DNA from: Oligoflexia bacterium | GTDB taxonomy: Bacteria > Bdellovibrionota > UBA1018 | NCBI GenBank assembly: GCA_043732485.1 | Contig: JAYTHP010000044.1 | Location: forward strand, 1-17,491 | Direction of reading: 5' to 3' | DNA: 17,491 nt | Shown: piece by piece, positions 8,802-16,682 of the stretch | Layout of the letters: each line of letters begins with the position of its first letter | How positions within the stretch are numbered: the first letter of the stretch is position 1 | The notes under the pieces: model-generated | Databases searched by the model: none | What the model was told of the DNA's origin: nothing | What the model saw: only the letters and a program-made list of their open reading frames with translations | Position numbers and translations under genes: made by a program

Positions 8802-8848
8802 CCCCTCAAATCTCCCTCAAAGCTCACCCCACTGCAGCATCCGCTCGC

Positions 8849-10114
8849 CTATAACTTATATCTACCGAGCTCCAGCTTCTTCGCCTGCACGTGATCGATC
8901 TTTAAGCGAAAAAATGTCCCTTTTTCCAAATGACGCTTCTGCTCCACCACGCCAAACTCGTACAGCTCGGCTTCTAACTTGCCTGCGCCGTAGGGAATCA
9001 ACACCTCCCAGAGCTCTAATTTCTGGTAAAAAAACTGCAAAATCTGCTCTCGCAACTTTTGCATATCCTTCTTCTTCAGGCTCGAGACCACTAGCGCCTT
9101 GGGAGCTAGAATTCGCAACCGATTGCGTGCACCAGGACCGTCAATTTGATCCGCTTTGTTGAGCACCAGCAGGCGCGGCTTCTCACCTACCCCCAGGCTC
9201 TCTAAAATCTGCTCCGTCACCTCCAGTTGCTGACGGGCATTCGGATGGCTGGCATCTACCACGTGCACCAGCAAATCGGCCTCCTTGAGCTCCTCCAAGG
9301 TAGAATGGAACGAGGCCACCAGCGCCGGCGGCAGTTGATTAATAAACCCCACGGTATCGATTAAAACCACCGGTGGATGGGAATGCGGGGTCAGCGAACG
9401 CACGCTAGCATCCAAGGTGGCAAACAACAAGTCCTCAGCCCGCACCTCGCTCCAGGTCAAAGCATTCAGTAAGGTCGATTTTCCCGCATTGGTATAGCCT
9501 ACCAAAGCCACCTTGAAGAGCTGCTTTCTGCCCTGACGCTGTACGCCGCGCTCTTTTTCAATCAAGACCAGTCGTTGCCGCAAAACCGCAATGCGCGCCT
9601 TCACTAGCCTGCGGTCGACCTCAAACTGCTTTTCTCCCATCCCGCGGCTGCCCGTCCCGCCCCCGCGTTGTCGCTCAAAATGGCTCCAAAAATGGGTCAA
9701 GCGCGGCAAGAGATACTGTAGCCGAGCCAGTTCAACTTGGGTTTTTGCCTCGCGCGTCCGGGCGTGATGAGAAAAAATCTCAATAATCACCCCTGGCCGA
9801 TCCAGGATCGGCAGTTGAAAGTGCTTTTCTAGATTTTTTAATTGGTTGGGCGACAATTCCCCATCAAAAATAACGCCTTGGGCTGTAAGCTCGAGTAACT
9901 GCTCAGCAATCTCTTCAATTTTTCCCTTACCCAAATAGGTGGCGGGATCAATCTTGCGCGAGTGAATCACCACTCTACCGACCGGAATGGGCCCCAAGGT
10001 GTGGAGCAACCGCTCTAACTCAGTCAGCGAGTCACTTTCAAACCCCACACACAACACACGCAAAGCCGCAGAGGAGGTTCCTGGAGGTAACAAGGATTGG
10101 ATGGAATCTAACAT
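8849..10114 (-). CDS. hflX: Ribosome-splitting GTPase HflX
   Basis: PATYLGKGK, IFSHHARTREAKTQVELARLQYLLPRL, RGMGEKQFEVDRR, G1 GYTNAGKST, G2 FATLD, G3 DTVG and G4 NKAD. Confidence 0.97.
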   Translation of the reverse strand: MLDSIQSLLPPGTSSAALRVLCVGFESDSLTELERLLHTLGPIPVGRVVIHSRKIDPATYLGKGKIEEIAEQLLELTAQGVIFDGELSPNQLKNLEKHFQLPILDRPGVIIEIFSHHARTREAKTQVELARLQYLLPRLTHFWSHFERQRGGGTGSRGMGEKQFEVDRRLVKARIAVLRQRLVLIEKERGVQRQGRKQLFKVALVGYTNAGKSTLLNALTWSEVRAEDLLFATLDASVRSLTPHSHPPVVLIDTVGFINQLPPALVASFHSTLEELKEADLLVHVVDASHPNARQQLEVTEQILESLGVGEKPRLLVLNKADQIDGPGARNRLRILAPKALVVSSLKKKDMQKLREQILQFFYQKLELWEVLIPYGAGKLEAELYEFGVVEQKRHLEKGTFFRLKIDHVQAKKLELGRYKL

Positions 10115-10126
10115 AATTCTTTCATG

Positions 10127-10153
10127 GAAGTAGCAAGTGTCATCTGCTACAGT
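10127..10153. promoter_or_regulatory. Symmetric element between divergent hflX and suhB (candidate back-to-back extended -10 promoters)
   Basis: GTAGCA (10130-10135)-N9-TGCTAC (10145-10150). The plus strand reads TGcTACAGT (10145-10153). The minus strand reads TGcTACTTC, a weaker match. Confidence 0.45.
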
Positions 10154-10162
10154 TTCATCACG

Positions 10163-10924
10163 ATGACGACTTTACCGCAAGGCCCAGCCCTTTTAAAGCT
10201 AAAAAAAACGGCCATTCAAGCCGCCCAGGCCGCAGGTGCGGTGTTGCGTCAATGGTTTGGTCAGCCGCTTGCCATGCGCGAAAAACCCACTGGCGGACTC
10301 GTCAGTCAGGCTGATCTGGAAGCCGAAGCTACCGCACTCGCCATCCTTAGGCAGGACTTCCCTGAGTTTGGCATCTTTTCCGAAGAAAGTCCACCGGTTG
10401 CAGGAGCAGGCTTAGGCCGCTTCGTTTTAGACCCGCTCGATGGCACCACCAATTTCCTTTACGGCTTCCCGCACTTTTGCGTCTCCTTGGCCGTGGAATG
10501 GCAATCCCAGCCGGTGGTGGGGGTGATTTATCACCCCCTAAGCCAAAACACCTACTGTGCGGTCTTAGGAGAAGGGGCTTACTTGAACGAGCAGAAGCTC
10601 ACTATTTCCAGCCGCAACCGACTGGAGCAGGCGTTTTTCATGAGCTCGCGCTCACTCAGCCCAGCCAGGGCCTGCCGCCGCATGGGCAGTGCGGCGCTGG
10701 AGCTGGCCTACCTTGCTCAAGGCATTTCAGACGGTTATTTCGAAGAAGGCGTGAAATACTGGGACGTGGCAGCAGGCCTCCTGCTGGTGCAAGAGGCAGG
10801 AGGCCTGACCGAGTGCACCTCCTTAAACCCGGCAGTGGCGATTTCCGACCCGATGGCTGAAAGCTTTAGAGTCTTAGCGGCTAACCCCCATCTTTTCAAC
10901 TCATTAAAAACAGCATTTTTTTAA
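10163..10924 (+). CDS. suhB: Inositol monophosphatase family protein (SuhB-like)
   Basis: LVSQADLEAE, FSEES, LDPLDGTTNFLYGFPHFCVSLA, RRMGSAALELAYLAQG and WDVAAGLLLVQEAGG. ATG 10163 is preferred because ATG 10124 would leave only 9 bp between the divergent starts. Confidence 0.88.
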   Translation: MTTLPQGPALLKLKKTAIQAAQAAGAVLRQWFGQPLAMREKPTGGLVSQADLEAEATALAILRQDFPEFGIFSEESPPVAGAGLGRFVLDPLDGTTNFLYGFPHFCVSLAVEWQSQPVVGVIYHPLSQNTYCAVLGEGAYLNEQKLTISSRNRLEQAFFMSSRSLSPARACRRMGSAALELAYLAQGISDGYFEEGVKYWDVAAGLLLVQEAGGLTECTSLNPAVAISDPMAESFRVLAANPHLFNSLKTAFF

Positions 10925-10937
10925 AGTGACATTTCAG

Positions 10938-10966
10938 GTGACACCGGGGCCAGAAGTTTTTAAGAT
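10938..10966 (+). promoter_or_regulatory. Putative sigma70 promoter giving a leaderless transcript
   Basis: GTGACA (10938-10943)-17 bp-TAAGAT (10961-10966). The A of ATG 10973 is 7 nt after the -10 box. Confidence 0.55.
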
Positions 10967-10972
10967 AAAGAG

Positions 10973-11743
10973 ATGAAACCTTGGCTTTATTTTCTGGAAA
11001 AATTCTCTGACCAAGCTCTTCTACTTGAGCTTTTAGTCATTTTCATTCTATTAACCCGCTATCTCAGCTTCTGGATCCTCAAGAAAAGACCTCTAGGCGC
11101 GGCGCAGGGCAACGTCCCAGCAGGCGACGTCCATCATTATCTCAATGGCTTGATTCAGCAGGCCCTAACGCTCAGGATGCAACTTTTTGGGGTGCGAGCG
11201 AACGACAGCGCTGCCAATGCCGCGGAGTTTGACAGGCTAGCCGAGGAACGCGCCAAATGGGAGCAAGAATCGCTGCTGCAGGCTCAGCAGATCGTCGGCC
11301 TGAAGAGTGAAAAAACGGCGCTGGAAAAAGCGCTGGAAGAACAAAAAAAGATCCAACCCTTGGCTTCCGCCCCCCCGCAAGATCAAGGCCCACCGTTTTC
11401 TGCGGTCGAGCGTGAGAAACTAGAAAGTTTTGCGCTAAAAATCCAGCAGTTAGAGAAAACCTTAGAAGAATACAGTATTATTGAAGACGAACTTTCCAGC
11501 CTCAAGCGCTATCAGCAAGAAAATAATCTCTACAAAAAAGCCCTCAAGGCTCAGGGCATCGATCCGGCCTCGTTGACTGCAAAAAGCACCCCAGCCCCGG
11601 TAGCCGCTCCGGCAGGCGCAAGCGCTGCTGCCAGCAATGCAACACCGCCTGACGCCACGCCCGCTGTTACCACGGCAGAGGACGGGACCAGCCAGAAAGA
11701 AAAAGACTTAGTCGCTGAGTTTGAAAACATGCTCAAAGGATAG
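10973..11743 (+). CDS. Hypothetical membrane-anchored coiled-coil protein
   Basis: 256-aa ORF with an N-terminal hydrophobic helix (LLLELLVIFILLTRYLSFWIL) followed by KKR, E/K/Q/L-rich heptad segments, an Ala/Pro/Thr linker and a terminal amphipathic helix DLVAEFENMLKG. Confidence 0.85.
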   Translation: MKPWLYFLEKFSDQALLLELLVIFILLTRYLSFWILKKRPLGAAQGNVPAGDVHHYLNGLIQQALTLRMQLFGVRANDSAANAAEFDRLAEERAKWEQESLLQAQQIVGLKSEKTALEKALEEQKKIQPLASAPPQDQGPPFSAVEREKLESFALKIQQLEKTLEEYSIIEDELSSLKRYQQENNLYKKALKAQGIDPASLTAKSTPAPVAAPAGASAAASNATPPDATPAVTTAEDGTSQKEKDLVAEFENMLKG

Positions 11744-11790
11744 CGCGCCCAGGCTTCAGTAAAAAAAAAGGGCGAATACCGGGCAACAGC

Positions 11791-14118
11791 TTAGCTGTTG
11801 CGTTTTTTGGCTAAGACCTCATAATTGCGCTTCACTTTATCGAGCTCGTCTTGATAGCCTTGAGCCAGCAGTCGCTCGCGCTCTTTGGTTTGGGCTTGGT
11901 TTTGGGCGATGCGCGCGTCAAAACTCTTTTGCTGAGCCTCAAGCTCGCTCTTCAAACGACGATCGGCCAGCTGACCTGCCTCCTTCATTTGCCCTTTCAG
12001 GTCCTCAATTTGCACTTCAAACTGATTTTTCTGATCCGCCAGGTGTCGTTCATACTCATGAATCAGCTCATTTTGCTTGGCCACCGAGCTGCGATACTGA
12101 TCCTTCACTTCCGATTCCAGGGTTTGCCTGACTTCGAGCAAGCGATTGGAAAAAACGTCTTCGGCGTGATTAAAAAGCTGTTCATAACTCTTGCGCTGTT
12201 GATTCAAGGTGCGATCAAAACGCCTAAAGGCTTCCTCGTTGGATCGCTCATGCTCAGAGTTTTGGGCATAAATGTGACTCTTGGCCTGTTGCTCAATTTC
12301 CTGCACCGCATCGCTAAAGCGGGAGCGATCCATGGCCTGATCGAGTGAATTTTTTTGATAGGTCCGGGTTTCCTTCTCAGAAAAATCAGCTAAAACTTTT
12401 TGATACTGATCAACGAACTTCTTCTCGAGCACGTCGTTGACCTGCTTCTTGCGCACTTGCTCGGCTTCTAATTGCTTTTGATAGCTGTCAATCACCGGTT
12501 TGCGAATAGCATCGACCGTCTTCGGATCGATCACCGCAAGCGCTTCCGGGCCATGCTCTAACTCTGCGCGATGCTTTAAGGCGGTGAGCTGCGCCTCGCT
12601 GAGTTTGCGATCACTGGCCCGCTCTTTTGCAAAACCCTCAGCCTGGCTTTGCAAAGTCTTTTGGGAGTCTAGGTGGCTGCGATCCAGCAGTGCTGTTTTC
12701 TGCTTTTCATTTTGTGCTAGAATCTGTTCGGCTTGGACTTTTTCGTGCTTCAGGTTGCGATCGTAAGCCTCGTTCAGCGCAGTTTCGTGAAAATGGTGAT
12801 CGTTGCCCTGATCCTGAATCGCCTTGCTAAAGAAAATAGCCTGGTCTTCTTTGGCGCGGTTACTTGCTTCAATTAGCTCGCGCTGATGATCGAGATTAAC
12901 CTCAGCCGACTGAGACTTCTCCTTGATAAAGTCGGCTTCAAAATTCTTCTTCTCTTGTGCTAGCGTATGCTTACTTTGATCCATCAAACGATCGGCGTCT
13001 TGCACGGTTCTTCTGGAGGCCTGCTGCAGCTGATCTTGCGCCGCGCGAAACTGATTTTCTTTGTTATGCAGCACTTCGTTTTGCGACTGCGACATTTCGC
13101 GCAGCTTGCGGTTGGTGTTCTCTGCTGTGGTATTGTTCTCTGCTAAGCGACCCTCAGCAAGCCTCTGCAAGGCCCCTTCATGCGCTTGGCGCTCATGCGC
13201 GATATTGGTACGCTCCCCTTCCGCTTGCTCCTTAGCCTGACGCTTGAGCAGCTGGGTTTCATCCAAAACAGGTTGACTCTGCTTGGCCTTCAGTTGATCT
13301 AACTCCGCTTGATGATACACATTTTTAGCTCGCAGTGCCTCATTAGCCCGCTCATTAGCGTTTTCAATCGCCGTGGCGGCCTTCTTCTCAGCGTCGAGCT
13401 TGTTATCGGCATACTGATGCGCCGTGGCTTGCAGATTTTGCGCCTGGCGTTCTCGCAACGCCTTTAAGCCCACGTCATTTTGCTCCACTAAGTGCTGAAT
13501 GCTTTTTTGATTCTGGCGCTCCTGCTGACTTGCGGCCTCTTGCACTTGGGTGCGGGCCAGATCCGCTTTTTTTAAATCCTCACGAAAAAACTCTTGATTA
13601 CGCTGCGCACTCTCTTGGTTCATCTCTCGCATTCGCTGCAGCGTGGTTTCGGTATCAGATTCCCATTTCTTTTGCGCGGAATCTTCATGGGCAAGCAAGC
13701 GATTTTCCAGTCTTTTTTCTTCCTGATCATGGCTTCGCCGCTCGCTCAGGAGCTGTTGCCCGAGATCCTCCACGCGATTTTTTTGGGCCGCAAGCTCACT
13801 CGGGGACACCGGCACGTCAGATTGGCCGCGCCGATTATAGGTCTCATTCCGCAAGCGCTCAACACTTTGACCGTACTTGTCTTGCTCCGCTTGCAAGGAG
13901 CGGGCCGCGGCCTCTTGCACCGAGCGAATCTCGTGGCTGGTCGCTTCGTCGCGCTGATGCAGCAGATCTTCGTACCTGCGCTCCAGCTGATCGAGCTGCT
14001 TTTGGTTGCTCTCTCTCGTGCGCTTGCGCTCAGCCTCGTTGACGTCTTGCATGTCGTTTAGCTTCTGCACGTAATAGGGATTCAAAGAACCTTCCATATT
14101 CGTCGATACATTGGACAT
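11791..14118 (-). CDS. Large hypothetical all-helical coiled-coil protein (~775 aa)
   Basis: Long ORF rich in Q/E/K/R/A with very few Pro/Gly and no hydrophobic segment. ATG 14118 (MSNVSTNMEG) is preferred over 14154 because AGGAGG (14134-14129) lies 10 nt upstream. Confidence 0.85.
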   Translation of the reverse strand: MSNVSTNMEGSLNPYYVQKLNDMQDVNEAERKRTRESNQKQLDQLERRYEDLLHQRDEATSHEIRSVQEAAARSLQAEQDKYGQSVERLRNETYNRRGQSDVPVSPSELAAQKNRVEDLGQQLLSERRSHDQEEKRLENRLLAHEDSAQKKWESDTETTLQRMREMNQESAQRNQEFFREDLKKADLARTQVQEAASQQERQNQKSIQHLVEQNDVGLKALRERQAQNLQATAHQYADNKLDAEKKAATAIENANERANEALRAKNVYHQAELDQLKAKQSQPVLDETQLLKRQAKEQAEGERTNIAHERQAHEGALQRLAEGRLAENNTTAENTNRKLREMSQSQNEVLHNKENQFRAAQDQLQQASRRTVQDADRLMDQSKHTLAQEKKNFEADFIKEKSQSAEVNLDHQRELIEASNRAKEDQAIFFSKAIQDQGNDHHFHETALNEAYDRNLKHEKVQAEQILAQNEKQKTALLDRSHLDSQKTLQSQAEGFAKERASDRKLSEAQLTALKHRAELEHGPEALAVIDPKTVDAIRKPVIDSYQKQLEAEQVRKKQVNDVLEKKFVDQYQKVLADFSEKETRTYQKNSLDQAMDRSRFSDAVQEIEQQAKSHIYAQNSEHERSNEEAFRRFDRTLNQQRKSYEQLFNHAEDVFSNRLLEVRQTLESEVKDQYRSSVAKQNELIHEYERHLADQKNQFEVQIEDLKGQMKEAGQLADRRLKSELEAQQKSFDARIAQNQAQTKERERLLAQGYQDELDKVKRNYEVLAKKRNS

Positions 14119-14274
14119 GTCGCTGCTTCCTCCTTGAGCTAAAAACCGTCTCATCTTTTTGCCAAGCCTGAACTGAACCCTGGAGCCTTTTTTTTCCCTC
14201 TCAGCCCTCTCGCACCTTCAATGTTTTTTTCAGAGCCTAAAATGCGTCAGTCCTGCTTTAACTCTCCATTCTAG

Positions 14275-14290
14275 TGCAAAACTAGTGCCA
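14275..14290 (-). promoter_or_regulatory. Sigma54 (RpoN) -24/-12 promoter
   Basis: The minus strand reads TGGCAC-TAGTT-TTGCA, an exact match to TGGCAC-N5-TTGCW. It is intergenic and oriented toward the coiled-coil gene. Confidence 0.8.
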
Positions 14291-14565
14291 AAACCATTCC
14301 ACTCCCCCGGGCCTGCGTCAGCCGTGGTGCCAACCCCCAGAAATGCTGCACCTTTTGGCTGATTTTCCCTCTATCACCCCTCCCTTGCCCCAACCAGAGA
14401 AAGAACTAAGCGGAACGCCCTAGCCTGCAAAAAAGTGCTAGCACGCCAGGAAAAAGTTGCAGCCCTCCGCGGCTCGCAACCCAAGGCGTGAGACTGAAAT
14501 AGGGATAGCACTTGATTTGCTTCAGCTGGGGTGCTAGCCCTTGGCCATCAGCCAAGGAGGAGGCG

Positions 14566-16662
14566 TTGCCTGCAAAACCATTCACCGGCCCCCGGGGGAA
14601 CGATTCCATGATGCCTTCGACCTTGGCAGCGACGACCGTCCCTGTAAAATCCAGACGCAAAACGTTTTCGTTACCCAAGCACCGACAAGCCCTGACACTC
14701 CTTGGTCTCGTCGGGTTATTGCACTCGGCGGCCCTGAGCTTCGCCAGCGCAAAAAGCGCTCTTTTCCCTTTTTCCGCTCTGCAAGCTCAACCGATTTCGT
14801 CTTACATAAGACCCAAGACCCACTACACACCTTACGCACCGAGCAAAGACACCCCAAGACGCTCCAGTTGAGTCAAGAGATCAAGCAAACTCTGGCGCGT
14901 GCTGTTATCAGTGGATGAAGATCTCTCAGCCAAACTCGATTTCTTGGCCCGCAACCCAGAGGCGATGAAAAGCGGAAAGGAGATCTATTTTTACGGCTGC
15001 GGCGCCCACCGGAAGACGCGCGATGCAATTAGAAAGCGCACTCTGGAGGCCGTTTTGGCAAAAGGTACAAAAAAATTTCCCACAATTGTCAGACCGCTCA
15101 GAAAACGTGATCGGCGAAGCCACGGGTGGCGATCAGGCCTTAGTTTCCTCGCTCCCAGGCTTTGAGGACCTGATGCTCATCGGCCAACTGCAGATGAGCG
15201 CCCAAGGAATCACCCGCGAGGATGTCGTGGTTGCTATGACGGAAGGCGGTGAAACCTCCTCCGTCATTGGGACGATCCTAGCTGCAGCAGACTTGCACCA
15301 GCCGGAGTCAAAGGGCACGGGAGCACTGAATCCACAAGACCATCTCTTTTTTTTTACAATAACCCTGACGGCAGCCTGCAGCAACTCGAGCGCAACCAGC
15401 TCGTTTTACAAAACCCACGCATTACCAAGGTCAGGCTTTTTACCGGCCCACAGGCCCTCGCAGGCTCCACCCGCTGGCAGGCGCTCACCATCGGTCTTTA
15501 CGTGGTGGGAATTGCGATGGAGCAAGCCCTGCAAGGCTACTTCAAAGAAAAACTCACCCCCGGCGAACTAGTCACGCTTGGGCTAAACGAGCACCGCTTA
15601 CTGACCGAGCGGCTTCGCGACTTTAAGGCCCCATTCAAGTCGGGGTTACCCAGCAAAGTCCACAAATCGCTGAGCTCACGCTGCTGGAAGCTGCTACCTA
15701 TCTCTGGCTGGACGTCGTAGTTGCGCGATCACGCTTCCCGAATGAATGACGGTTTTGTACTGACGCCACGGAACGTGCCCGACTTTTCGCCTATTTCCCA
15801 TGGACCCAGTCACGGCAAGCAAGCGCCAGTCGCTGATTCACGCCTGGGCGCCGGTGAACACCTTGGAGTAAGCCTGGCAGCCACTTTTTGGACGGCCGTT
15901 TCGCGGCCTCAAGCCTGAGACCTATCAAAAACCCTTTACCACCGAGCTCAGTGACCGTACCCTCAAAAAAGAAGCGCTCCGCAATCTCACGCTGCCGGGA
16001 GATGACCAAAAAAATCTCTATGACTTTTCTTTTTCTGCAGCCAACCGAGCCTCACGCGGCGCCAATCAAAACGATTTGGCGCTCTGCGTGCTTTTGTCAG
16101 AAAGGCTTGAATCGTATCAAGAGCAGATCACTGACTTCAAAAACCAAGGAGCAAAAACACCCTCCCCAAGGACTCCTATCATTTGATTTTACCTCTACCG
16201 ACGCAGTTAGATCCCCTCAAACTGGCGGAAAATGTTACCCTCAAAAGGGGGCTCAATGCTCATTCTACCGCAACCATGTCGCGACTCGTTAAGGTCACAG
16301 GCAAGCCCATGACGTCAGTCAACCCAGGCAACCTCAAGCTGATCGGTCGCGCCACGTTTCAGATTCAAAGCCATGTCAACCACGTTCTTGCGCAAGCCCG
16401 CCGGAAGAAGCAGTGGCAAAAACCGTCTGGCTATAAAAATCTGCTCCCTTACTCTGATGCTAATGCCGCTCTTTTTAACGCTGTCGCTTACCTAGACAAA
16501 ACTCAGCAAACCGGAGCCTTATCAGCAGTCGCGCTTTCCATTGTCAAGACTTTAGAACCTCTGCGCACCGAAGCGATGATCCGCTGGGAGCAGGCAAAAG
16601 CACTGATCAGCCACCAACCCCTTGCCGCTTACTTAGACAACGTTTCGCAAACCTCTCAATAG
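14566..16662 (+). pseudogene. Multiply frameshifted SIS-domain sugar-phosphate protein (MurQ etherase / glucokinase-regulator-like)
   Basis: Colinear motifs lie in alternating frames: LRTEQRHPKT (~14832), LLSVDED and IYFYGCGA/TGRRA (~14900-15020), GEATGGDQAL..GFED..DVVVAMTEGGETSSV (~15110-15270), TGPQALAGSTRWQA (~15442-15483) and LNAHSTATMSRLVKVTGKPMTSVNPGNLKLIGRA (~16250-16355). These parallel MurQ TEQRN, GAGTSGRL, IAGG, GPEVxTGSTRxKA and MVDV..TNxKLxxRA. At least six frameshifts plus an in-frame TAA at 15869-15871. Start is uncertain (TTG 14566 or ATG 14608). Confidence 0.8.
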
Positions 16663-16682
16663 AATAAATTAGGGAATCATGT

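Noticed and set aside
10124..10162. N-terminal extension of SuhB from ATG 10124
   Set aside because: It would leave only 9 bp between divergent starts and overlaps the candidate promoter elements.
11744..11790. Intrinsic terminator between the convergent coiled-coil genes
   Set aside because: The CGCCC/GGGCG stem encloses a ~19-nt loop that contains the A-run, so it is not canonical terminator geometry.
11851..14061. Plus-strand ORFs of 67-170 aa, several hydrophobic, within the coiled-coil gene
   Set aside because: Leu/Phe richness is the expected antisense reading of Gln/Glu/Lys codons.
14318..14441. Additional sigma54-like sites on the minus strand (TGGCACCACGGCTGAC; TAGCACTTTTTTGCA)
   Set aside because: The first lacks the -12 GC. 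The second lacks the -24 GG and has the wrong spacing.
14400..14570. glmS ribozyme, TPP or c-di-GMP riboswitch upstream of the SIS gene
   Set aside because: Only fragments are present (cgccagga, ggggtgc). Core elements such as AGCGCC..GACGAGG, CTGAGA or GACGCAAAGC were not found.
14512..16662. An operon of several small independent genes
   Set aside because: The ORFs carry consecutive, colinear motifs of one MurQ/GCKR-like protein joined at identifiable frameshifts.
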